Under the pieces are notes generated by a model. It did not search any database. It saw nothing but the letters and a program-made list of their open reading frames with translations, and was not told the DNA's origin. From the IMG/VR virus record IMGVR_UViG_3300044723_009217, positions 1-24,635 of that record: a stretch of 24,635 bases of DNA; one strand, given 5' to 3'. Below are positions 8,268 to 16,459 of this stretch, in pieces. How positions within the stretch are numbered: position 1 is the stretch's first letter; every line of letters begins with the position of its first letter. Made by a program: the position numbers and the translations under genes. This DNA comes from a virus. Taxonomy: Duplodnaviria; Caudoviricetes.

Positions 8268-9575
8268 ATGTGTGGCTTTGTAGCTTATCCATCTGAGCAT
8301 AATCAAAAAGTCTTTCCATCAATGATAAGACAAATACAATATAGAGGCCTAGAAAAGTTCATTGGTAGTCAAGAGTTCGATGGATTTACTTTCGAACATA
8401 TTGCATTACCATTTGTTAATCTAGATCCGAAGGTTGCAATACAACCAGTTGGCGATGATATACCTGGCGTATTTGTTGGCGAAATATTTAATTATGATTC
8501 AGACAAATATCAAACAGATGCCCAACAAGTGCATGATGAATTTTATAATGGCGAATATGCTTTAGATAGTTTTCATAAGTATGACGGCTTCTGGACATAT
8601 GTGACAGCAATGGATGGTTACCTTTTTGGTATTACCGATCATCTTGGTATTAAGCCACTCTATTATCGTACTGATATGGATGCAATGGCTTCTGAAATAG
8701 ATATTTTAAAATATTTCGATCATGTTACAATTGATGAAACGTTTATGTCAAATACACTCAAATGGGGTTATTCGCCTGATGGTCGTACACCATACAATGA
8801 GATTAAACAATTACCACCTGGCCACTTTATTCACCAGGGTATTGTTCATAGATATTGGGATTGGAATAAAGTACAAACTGACAATCTTTATAATGATATG
8901 AAACGTTCGGTCGAACTTAGGCTAGGTGGTCAAAGAGAGGTTTCAATGCTTCTCTCTGGTGGTTTAGATTCAGCTATTATTCATGGGCTTTTAAAAGAAC
9001 TTGGTCGTGATGTTAAAACAATACATGTAGAGAATCATGAAAAAGATTATGCAAATCTTGTTTCATCTGATTTAATTGATGTTACTCTTGATGATGTATC
9101 TGATGAAGAAGCAATACGTATTCATCAGTCACCAGTTGATCTTGGTTCTGTTAAACCACAAATAGCAATGGCAAGAAAGTTAAGGGAGTTAGGATTTTAT
9201 GCAGTCATGACTGGTGATGGTGCTGACGAATTATTTGGGGGCTATCGTAGAGCAAAAGAATATGATAGCCAACATTCAGACACTTTTGCTGAATTACCTT
9301 ACTATCATTTACCAAAGTTAGATAGAACTATGATGTATTCAACTATCGAATTACGTGCACCGTTTCTTTCACCAACAATCGTAAAGCACGCACTCAACAC
9401 GCCTTACCATAAACGGAATGGTGAGAAAAAAGTATTAAAAGAAACTTTTGCTAAAATTGTACCAATGGAGATTATCAATCGTGACAAACATCCTCTCAAA
9501 ACTGATCAAATCAGGAAAGACCCAGTCACCCAAAGAAATATCAACGATAAAATCTTCAGAAGACAAATGGGATAA
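8268..9575 (+). CDS. Asparagine synthetase B-like amidotransferase (Ntn domain plus PP-loop synthetase domain)
   Basis: N-terminal MCG, GEIFN, D..GIKPLYY, LSGGLDS, TGDGADELFGGY, DR..M...E.R.PFL and R.K motifs. Confidence 0.88.
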   Translation: MCGFVAYPSEHNQKVFPSMIRQIQYRGLEKFIGSQEFDGFTFEHIALPFVNLDPKVAIQPVGDDIPGVFVGEIFNYDSDKYQTDAQQVHDEFYNGEYALDSFHKYDGFWTYVTAMDGYLFGITDHLGIKPLYYRTDMDAMASEIDILKYFDHVTIDETFMSNTLKWGYSPDGRTPYNEIKQLPPGHFIHQGIVHRYWDWNKVQTDNLYNDMKRSVELRLGGQREVSMLLSGGLDSAIIHGLLKELGRDVKTIHVENHEKDYANLVSSDLIDVTLDDVSDEEAIRIHQSPVDLGSVKPQIAMARKLRELGFYAVMTGDGADELFGGYRRAKEYDSQHSDTFAELPYYHLPKLDRTMMYSTIELRAPFLSPTIVKHALNTPYHKRNGEKKVLKETFAKIVPMEIINRDKHPLKTDQIRKDPVTQRNINDKIFRRQMG

Positions 9576-9993
9576 ACGCTATATGCAACTTGCACAAACT
9601 GTTGCAAGTTGGTCCAAAGATCCTTCTACACAGATTGGTGCTGTTGCAATTAGTAATAAAGGCCAGGTACTTTGTACAGGTTATAACGGGTTTCCTCGCA
9701 AGATAGAAGATGTCCCTACTCGATATGCGATACGTGAAACAAAATATAAACTTGTTGTTCATGCAGAGATGAATGCAATATATAATGCAACATACAATGG
9801 TGTTGGTCTAGATGGTGCAACAATCTACGTATATGGATTACCAGTCTGCTCTGAATGTGCAAAAGGATTAATCCAAACAGGTATTAAGAGAGTGGTTATG
9901 TACGGTCAAGTTGAAGATCGTTGGAAAGAATCATGGGATTTAACAGAAAAACTATTTCTAGAAACGGGAGTCAAATATGAATTTATCAAATAG
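9481..9993 (+). CDS. cd: dCMP deaminase
   Basis: SKDPSTQIGAV, GYNG.P, HAE.NAI and P.C..C zinc motifs. Start is uncertain: GTG 9481 follows GGAG and overlaps the upstream gene by about 95 nt. Confidence 0.92.
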   Translation: MTNILSKLIKSGKTQSPKEISTIKSSEDKWDKRYMQLAQTVASWSKDPSTQIGAVAISNKGQVLCTGYNGFPRKIEDVPTRYAIRETKYKLVVHAEMNAIYNATYNGVGLDGATIYVYGLPVCSECAKGLIQTGIKRVVMYGQVEDRWKESWDLTEKLFLETGVKYEFIK

Positions 9994-10153
9994 AGAATCC
10001 TATCACGATTATATTGGTAGAAGACTAAGAGAAGAGAATACTTTTGGTGATCAAAAGACCATAGATCAAAGAGATAATGAAATATTCGAATTAAAACAAA
10101 GAATCACTCGATTAGAAGAAGACATGGCAAGGCTACTATACCGACATGAATAA
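9977..10153 (+). CDS. Small hypothetical coiled-coil protein (58 aa)
   Basis: GGAG RBS at 9967-9970; MNLSNRESYHDYIGRRLREE...; fills the gap in the operon. Not in the ORF track. Confidence 0.6.
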   Translation: MNLSNRESYHDYIGRRLREENTFGDQKTIDQRDNEIFELKQRITRLEEDMARLLYRHE

Positions 10154-10496
10154 AATACTTATTATTGGTCATAGCCCAGCAAAGAAAAATATACTTAATT
10201 CGCCAACAATGAAAAGGCTTCATCGTTGGTTGGATGAATGTAATATAAGCACATATGCTTTTACTAATCTTTCTTCGAAACCCAAACAAAAACTCAGCCT
10301 TGAAGATACCTATCTTCCAGGAACAAACAGCCATAATAAGGTTATTGCATTAGGTGGCGAGGTTGCAAAGGTCCTTGATCGGATTGGCGTTCAACATTTT
10401 GCTGCACCCCATCCATCACCACTCAATAGGAATCTAAACAATATTTCTTTTGAAAAGAATTTTCTGAATAACCTTAAGGTTTACATTCATAGCTAA
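10146..10496 (+). CDS. Minimal uracil-DNA-glycosylase-superfamily protein
   Basis: ILIIGHSPA (motif 1, GxxP), KVIALG..V and PHPSPLN (motif 2). Confidence 0.7.
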   Translation: MNKILIIGHSPAKKNILNSPTMKRLHRWLDECNISTYAFTNLSSKPKQKLSLEDTYLPGTNSHNKVIALGGEVAKVLDRIGVQHFAAPHPSPLNRNLNNISFEKNFLNNLKVYIHS

Positions 10497-10508
10497 ATGT
10501 GGTATAAT
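10480..10508 (+). promoter_or_regulatory. Sigma70-type promoter for uvsX
   Basis: TTTACA-N17-TATAAT with extended -10 TG. Confidence 0.8.
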
Positions 10509-10533
10509 AAACAAAAAAATATAGGAGATATGT

Positions 10534-11577
10534 ATGTCCATTATGGATAAATTAAAAAAGAATAGTAAGGTAAAAGAAACTTCTATTCTTGCTGATTCAA
10601 AATTCTTTAATGAAAAAGATATGGTACCAACAGACGTTCCAATGATGAATGTTGCACTATCTGGTTCAATGGATGGTGGACTAGCCCCGGGACTTACGGT
10701 ACTCGCTGGTCCATCAAAACACTTCAAAACTTCTTTTGGATTAATTATGGCTTCTGCCTATCTGAAAAAATATAAAGATTCCGTTTTACTCTTTTATGAT
10801 TCTGAATTTGGCTCACCCCAGTCTTACTTTGAACAGTTCGATATCGATACAAGTCGTGTACTCCATACACCAATTACGGATGTAGAACAACTAAAGTTCG
10901 ATTTGATCGGTCAACTTGAATCATTAGATCGTGGTGATAAAGTTGTGATTATGATCGACTCTGTTGGTAACCTTGCATCGAAAAAAGAATTAGAAGATGC
11001 TATCAATGAGAAATCTGTCGCCGATATGTCAAGAGCAAAAGCACTCAAAGGTTTATTCCGTATGTGTACACCGTATCTCAACATGAAAAATATTCCATTG
11101 ATTGCTGTTAACCATACCTATATGGAGATGGGTCTATTTCCCAAAGCTATTGTCTCTGGTGGAACGGGTATATACTACAGTGCAGATAACATTTGGATTC
11201 TTGGGCGTCAACAAGATAAGTCTGGTACTGAAATCAAAGGTTATCATTTTATAATTAATGTGGAGAAATCACGTTATGTTAAGGAAAAGTCTAAAATACC
11301 CATTAGCGTTTCTTGGGATGGTGGAGTACAGAAGTGGTCTGGCCTTCTTGATGTTGCTCTCGAAGGTAAATTTGTGGCTAAGCCGTCGAATGGGTGGTAT
11401 TGCCAAGTTAGCCAACAAACTGGCGAATTACTTGAACCAAAAGTACGAGAAAAAGATACGTTAAAAGAAGAATTCTGGACACCAATCTTTGCTGAAGGAT
11501 TCGGTGATTATTTGAAGAAGTCATTCTCAATTGGTGGTAAAGATTTCATCGGAACCGAAGAACTGTTAAATGAGTAA
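10534..11577 (+). CDS. uvsX: RecA-like recombinase UvsX
   Basis: N.ALSG, AGPSKHFKT Walker A, FYDSEFG, DSVGNLASKKE and SGG.G..YSAD are T4 UvsX-like motifs. Confidence 0.95.
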   Translation: MSIMDKLKKNSKVKETSILADSKFFNEKDMVPTDVPMMNVALSGSMDGGLAPGLTVLAGPSKHFKTSFGLIMASAYLKKYKDSVLLFYDSEFGSPQSYFEQFDIDTSRVLHTPITDVEQLKFDLIGQLESLDRGDKVVIMIDSVGNLASKKELEDAINEKSVADMSRAKALKGLFRMCTPYLNMKNIPLIAVNHTYMEMGLFPKAIVSGGTGIYYSADNIWILGRQQDKSGTEIKGYHFIINVEKSRYVKEKSKIPISVSWDGGVQKWSGLLDVALEGKFVAKPSNGWYCQVSQQTGELLEPKVREKDTLKEEFWTPIFAEGFGDYLKKSFSIGGKDFIGTEELLNE

Positions 11578-11863
11578 GCTAGAAAATGTCGATTATGAAC
11601 TAATACCGTCTGAAGAAAAAGAAGATGGTTGGAATGTTCGTATACTAACAGGGACTTTTGTTGAAACAGTAATAGAGTTTGGTGCTATTCGTTTCAATGA
11701 AGTTCAAGATAACATGTCTTATAGTTTCGAAGTCATTTCATCCCCGGATCCAGATCTCACAACTGAAGATGTAGATTTACAGATAGAAGCCGGTCAAATA
11801 CTCGAGTCTGTTATATCAATAGGTCTTGACGAGGGATCTGTTATGATGAGAGAGAAAAAATAA
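11570..11863 (+). CDS. Hypothetical acidic protein in the T4 gp40 position
   Basis: Lies between uvsX and 41, as gp40 does in T4; sequence similarity is not established. Confidence 0.6.
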   Translation: MSKLENVDYELIPSEEKEDGWNVRILTGTFVETVIEFGAIRFNEVQDNMSYSFEVISSPDPDLTTEDVDLQIEAGQILESVISIGLDEGSVMMREKK

Positions 11864-11865
11864 TA

Positions 11866-11894
11866 TTTACATTTTTCTATAAATGTGATATAAT
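11866..11894 (+). promoter_or_regulatory. Sigma70-type promoter for the helicase
   Basis: TTTACA-N17-TATAAT with extended -10 TG. Confidence 0.8.
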
Positions 11895-11912
11895 ATACAA
11901 AAAGAGGTATTC

Positions 11913-13280
11913 TTGCAAACAAACATTGAACAAACGATTCTTCGTAATATTCTAACCGATGAAAAGTATATGCGGAAAGTACTTCCGTTTATCAAACCAG
12001 ATTATTTCCAAGGAGTCTATCGTACATTATTTAAAGAAGCTGGAAAATATGTAGCGAAATATAATAAACTTCCTACGTCAGAAACTCTTATCATTGAATT
12101 GCAAGAGTCTTCAAGTATGTCCAATGAACAGTTCCAAATGTCTATGGATATTGTTCCTCAGCTTTTTACTCACGAAAAAATAGACCATGACTGGTTGATT
12201 GACTCTACCGAAAAGTGGTGTCAGGATCGTGCTATTCATAATGCTATTATGGAATCCATTACGATTATCGATGGTAAACACGATAGTCTTACAAAAGGTG
12301 CACTTCCAGATCTTTTATCAAAAGCTCTTGGTGTTGCCTTCGATACAAATGTAGGTCACGATTATGTCGAAAATGCAGAACAAAGATATGAGTTCTACCA
12401 CACCGAAGAAGACCGGATACCTTTTGATCTTGAGTACTTTAATAAAATTACAAAAGGCGGAGTCCCGAATAAGACTCTTAACATTGCTCTTGCTGGTACT
12501 GGTGTTGGTAAATCTCTTTTTATGTGTCATGTTGCTGCAAGCGCCTTGGTTGAAGGTCGCAATGTTCTTTATATAACAATGGAAATGGCAGAAGAAAGAA
12601 TTGCTGAACGTATTGATGCGAACTTATTGAATGTGCCAATTGACCAACTTGATACAATGTCAAAAGACATGTTTACAACGAAAGTAAATAATCTTGCCAA
12701 AAAGACAACTGGTAAATTAATTGTAAAAGAATATCCTACTGGATCAGCTCATGCTGGTCACTTTCGCGGTTTACTCAACGAACTCAAACTGAAAAAGCAA
12801 TTTGAACCAGATATTATCTTTATTGATTATCTCAATATCTGTGCAAGTTCAAGAATGAAAGCAATGGGAGGATCGATCAATTCATACACTTACATTAAAG
12901 CAATTGCTGAAGAGCTACGTGGTCTTGCAGTCGAGTTCGACCTACCGATCTTCTCTGCAACGCAAACGACTCGTTCTGGTTATAGTAACTCGGATGTTGG
13001 GCTTGAAGATACATCCGAGTCTTTTGGATTACCCGCTACAGCAGATCTAATGTTCGCTTTGATCTCGACTGAAGAGTTAGAACAAATGAATCAAATGATG
13101 GTTAAACAATTGAAGAATAGATATAATGATCCAACTCAACATAAACGATTCGTGATTGGTGTTGATCGATCTAAAATGCGATTGTTTGATGTAGATGAAA
13201 ACGACCAAACATTAACAGATGATACACCTGTTTTTGATAAAACAGAAACAGGAAAAAGATTTGAGGATTTTAAACTATGA
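11913..13280 (+). CDS. 41: DnaB-like replicative helicase (T4 gp41)
   Basis: AGTGVGKS, YITMEMAEE, KEYPT, IDYLNIC, SESFGLPATAD and QLKNRY motifs; TTG start after GAGG. Confidence 0.96.
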   Translation: MQTNIEQTILRNILTDEKYMRKVLPFIKPDYFQGVYRTLFKEAGKYVAKYNKLPTSETLIIELQESSSMSNEQFQMSMDIVPQLFTHEKIDHDWLIDSTEKWCQDRAIHNAIMESITIIDGKHDSLTKGALPDLLSKALGVAFDTNVGHDYVENAEQRYEFYHTEEDRIPFDLEYFNKITKGGVPNKTLNIALAGTGVGKSLFMCHVAASALVEGRNVLYITMEMAEERIAERIDANLLNVPIDQLDTMSKDMFTTKVNNLAKKTTGKLIVKEYPTGSAHAGHFRGLLNELKLKKQFEPDIIFIDYLNICASSRMKAMGGSINSYTYIKAIAEELRGLAVEFDLPIFSATQTTRSGYSNSDVGLEDTSESFGLPATADLMFALISTEELEQMNQMMVKQLKNRYNDPTQHKRFVIGVDRSKMRLFDVDENDQTLTDDTPVFDKTETGKRFEDFKL

Positions 13281-13969
13281 ACGTAAAATTAATTAGTTAC
13301 AGTAAACCACCAAGAATGTTACAAATTATAGAGGAGTTACACCCACATGGAGATAACCTCGAAGAACTCGTCGCGTATTGCGCCCGTGTATCCAATCCAT
13401 CGAATCAAAACAACTCAGCAACATCTTCAAAACTTTTGCGGTATCTCGCCAGGGAAAAACATTGGTCTCCGTTTGAAATGGTTTCTGCTTGCCTCGAGAT
13501 AGAAACAACAAGAGATATTGCTCGTCAGATACTACGTCATAGATCATTCTCATTTCAAGAGTTTTCTCAAAGATATGCTGATCCAACTAAAGATCTCGAT
13601 ATTGCTCATCTCAGAGAAGGACGATTACAAGATACAAAGAATAGACAAAATAGTATTGAAAGTGATGATGCTGATCTTCAACTTGAATGGCTGAAGAAAC
13701 AATCAGAAGTTATTTCTGCAGCGAAAAATAGTTATCAATGGGCTATAGATAATGGTATAGCAAAAGAACAAGCAAGAGCAGTACTACCTGAAGGTACGAC
13801 TGGTTCTCGACTTTATATGAATGGAACACTCAGATCATGGATGCATTATATTGAATTACGATCTGGCAATGGTACACAAAAAGAACATCGAGAAGTTGCA
13901 ATCGAATGTGGTAAAGTGTTATCAAAAATATTTCCAATCATGGAGGAGTTTATTGAACTACAATCCTAA
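13277..13969 (+). CDS. thyX: Flavin-dependent thymidylate synthase
   Basis: ARVS, HWSPFE, RHRSFSFQEFSQRY signature, EQARAVLP and Q.EHR. Confidence 0.95.
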   Translation: MNVKLISYSKPPRMLQIIEELHPHGDNLEELVAYCARVSNPSNQNNSATSSKLLRYLAREKHWSPFEMVSACLEIETTRDIARQILRHRSFSFQEFSQRYADPTKDLDIAHLREGRLQDTKNRQNSIESDDADLQLEWLKKQSEVISAAKNSYQWAIDNGIAKEQARAVLPEGTTGSRLYMNGTLRSWMHYIELRSGNGTQKEHREVAIECGKVLSKIFPIMEEFIELQS

Positions 13970-14126
13970 TTTCAAATTAAATCCTGAGGATATTGATTTA
14001 ATTGAAAAATCATTAAGAGTGATGATGCAGTATGGAAATAAAGAAGAATGTATAAAACTTCTTGGTAAATTGCACCATCAAAAAAGATGGTATCGCCCGA
14101 AGGATGGTATATACGTAAGTGGCTAA
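13953..14126 (+). CDS. Small hypothetical protein (57 aa)
   Basis: GGAGGAG RBS before TTG 13953; MNYNPNFKL...LLGKLHHQKRWYRP. Confidence 0.6.
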   Translation: MNYNPNFKLNPEDIDLIEKSLRVMMQYGNKEECIKLLGKLHHQKRWYRPKDGIYVSG

Positions 14127-14424
14127 AATTTCAAATATGACATTAACTCAATATAGAGAAACAAATTGGAGATGTTGGGCTGTCAAAGGCAGACTATGCC
14201 CTGAACATTGGTCCGAAAAAGCTCTATGGTCTATATATCATGACTACGGAAACCGAATGTGGGAAAACGAAGAAGCGACATATACAGCCCCGGAAGGTTT
14301 TGACAAAGAATTTAACAAACGGGTTATTGGCAATCCAATACTTCATGGTCACGTCAATGACCCGAACTCAACACTCACCAGGTTTTTTAATAGCCTACAA
14401 CAAGGAAGGGATAATGATGATTAA
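14119..14424 (+). CDS. Hypothetical protein
   Basis: 101-aa ORF overlapping both neighbours in operon fashion. Confidence 0.55.
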   Translation: MAKISNMTLTQYRETNWRCWAVKGRLCPEHWSEKALWSIYHDYGNRMWENEEATYTAPEGFDKEFNKRVIGNPILHGHVNDPNSTLTRFFNSLQQGRDNDD

Positions 14425-15484
14425 ATCATCTATCAAAGGGTTGACAGCCTTAATACTGTCATTCTTTTTAATTGCTACGGCAAATGCTGATCCAGTAAAA
14501 GTTGGATTTGTTTACATTGGTCCAGTTGGAGATCATGGTTGGACATACAGACACGATGTTGGAAGGCAGCAAGTAGAAGAAGCATTAGGCGATCAAGTCG
14601 AAACTTCTTTTATTGAAAATGTTCAATATGGTCCACAAGCAAATCAGGTATTCAGAGAGATGGCAAAGACACATGATATTGTGTTTGGAACATCATTTGG
14701 ATATATGAACGATATGATGAAAGTAGCAAAGGATTTTCCAGATGTAAAGTTTGAACATGCGACTGGCTATCTGCAAAGTGATAATCTAGCATCATATGGT
14801 CTTCGTCTTTATCAAGCAAGACACGTACAAGGTATTATTGCTGGTATGATGACAGAGACAAATAAGATTTGTTATGTTGGTGCTTTCCCTATACCTGAAG
14901 TCATTCGTGAAATTAACACATACTATCTTGGCGCAAAGAAGATGAATCCTGATGTTGAACTTATTGTTACTTGGGTAAACACTTGGTATGATCCAGGTAA
15001 GGAATCACAAGCTGCTGCTGTGATGTTAGCAGAAGGTTGTGATATGGTTGCTCAACATACTGACTCTCCTGCTCCTCTACAAGAGGCACAAAAGCAAGGC
15101 AAGTTAGGTTTTGGTCAAGCATCAGATCAGTATAACTTTGCACCTAATGCACAACTTACAGCAACAATCGATAACTGGGGCCCATACTATATTCGTAAAG
15201 TACAAGCTGTTATTGATGGTAATTGGGAAACAGGTAACTACTTTGGTCATATGAATGAAGATGCTGTACAGATGGCACCATTCACAAATATGCCAGATGA
15301 TGTAGCTGCAAAAGCTCAAGAGATTAAAGACGCAATCTCTGCTGGTGAATACTTTGCATTCACTGGACCTCTCTATGATAATGAGGGTAATTTACAACTT
15401 GCCGATGGTGAAGTTGCAAGTGACGATCATTTGAATCAGATGATGTACTATGTCGAAGGTATTAACGCAAAGGTTCCTAACTAA
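14414..15484 (+). CDS. BMP-family ABC transporter substrate-binding protein (purine/nucleoside-binding type)
   Basis: Signal peptide (..ATANA/D), KVGFVYIGPVGDHGW, TSFGY, FPIPEVIREIN, NTWYDP.KE and QHTDS motifs. Start re-called at ATG 14414. Confidence 0.9.
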   Translation: MMIKSSIKGLTALILSFFLIATANADPVKVGFVYIGPVGDHGWTYRHDVGRQQVEEALGDQVETSFIENVQYGPQANQVFREMAKTHDIVFGTSFGYMNDMMKVAKDFPDVKFEHATGYLQSDNLASYGLRLYQARHVQGIIAGMMTETNKICYVGAFPIPEVIREINTYYLGAKKMNPDVELIVTWVNTWYDPGKESQAAAVMLAEGCDMVAQHTDSPAPLQEAQKQGKLGFGQASDQYNFAPNAQLTATIDNWGPYYIRKVQAVIDGNWETGNYFGHMNEDAVQMAPFTNMPDDVAAKAQEIKDAISAGEYFAFTGPLYDNEGNLQLADGEVASDDHLNQMMYYVEGINAKVPN

Positions 15485-15485
15485 G

Positions 15486-16346
15486 ATGATACCAGTAATA
15501 GATTTAAAAGCAAAAGACGCTTTAGATCGTATTGACGAAGCCTACACAACAGTAGGCTTCGCAGTGTTTACTAATGCACTCGATCGACGTCGTCAAGAAC
15601 TTATGAATAATTGGTTTGAACAAGCCAAACTATTCTTTGATCTAAGTTTAGTCGAAAAGAAAAAATATACTTACCAAGCAGAAAACAATCTTGGATATAG
15701 TATTGTTGGAGCAGAACATGTAGATCCAGATGCTCCTTCCGATATGAAAGAATCCTATAACTATAACGATACAAGAATGCCAGAAAAACTCTGGCCAGAT
15801 AATAATTATCTTTTTAAAGGTTGTGCTCTTAGATCAATCAAAATAGCTGATGAGTTAACACTTCGCATTTTATCACACTTTGATGAAATATTAGATAGTG
15901 GTACTACACTTGTAGATGCACATCAAAATCCTTATAATACTACTCGTATCATACACTATCCATCATATACAGGTGAACTTAAACCAAAACAAATGCGTAT
16001 CGGAGAACACTCTGATTATGGTACTATTACTCTCCTCTGGCAAATCAATGATGTACCTGGATTAGAAGTGCAAGATCTAAAAGGTGATTGGCATTCAGTT
16101 CCGTATGCAGAAGATGGAGTAGTTGTCAACATTGGTGATCTATTACAAAGATGGACTAACGACTATTTCGTAAGTACAAAACATCGTGTTGTGAATTCTC
16201 ATATACATCAGGAAAGATATAGCATGCCGCATTTCGTAGATCCCACTCCTGGAACTATGATAACTAATCTACGAAATGAACCTGCCAAATATGAGCCAAT
16301 CGAATCAAAAGAATATTTGATGTGGCGATTAGCACAAAGTTATTAA
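15486..16346 (+). CDS. Isopenicillin N synthase-family 2OG-Fe(II) oxygenase
   Basis: IPVIDL, R..HYP, HSDYG.ITLL, GLEV, VNIGDLL.RWTND...ST.HRV and RYS (HxD...H, RxS). Start re-called at ATG 15486. Confidence 0.92.
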   Translation: MIPVIDLKAKDALDRIDEAYTTVGFAVFTNALDRRRQELMNNWFEQAKLFFDLSLVEKKKYTYQAENNLGYSIVGAEHVDPDAPSDMKESYNYNDTRMPEKLWPDNNYLFKGCALRSIKIADELTLRILSHFDEILDSGTTLVDAHQNPYNTTRIIHYPSYTGELKPKQMRIGEHSDYGTITLLWQINDVPGLEVQDLKGDWHSVPYAEDGVVVNIGDLLQRWTNDYFVSTKHRVVNSHIHQERYSMPHFVDPTPGTMITNLRNEPAKYEPIESKEYLMWRLAQSY

Positions 16347-16368
16347 TTTTTTTTCATTGGACGCACTT

Positions 16369-16453
16369 TGGCTGCTGGGGCAGGGATCGAACCTGCAAGA
16401 CTATTGTCACACGATTAACAGTCGTGCGTGTTTACCTATTTCACCACCCAGCA
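16369..16453 (-). tRNA. tRNA-Asn(GTT) with atypical long variable arm
   Basis: Cloverleaf TGCTGGG/CCCAGCA-G-CCA; D arm GTG-AAATAGGTAAA-CAC; anticodon arm CACGA-CTGTTAA-TCGTG; 13-nt variable arm; T arm GCAGG-TTCGATC-CCTGC. Confidence 0.9.
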
Positions 16454-16459
16454 ATAATT

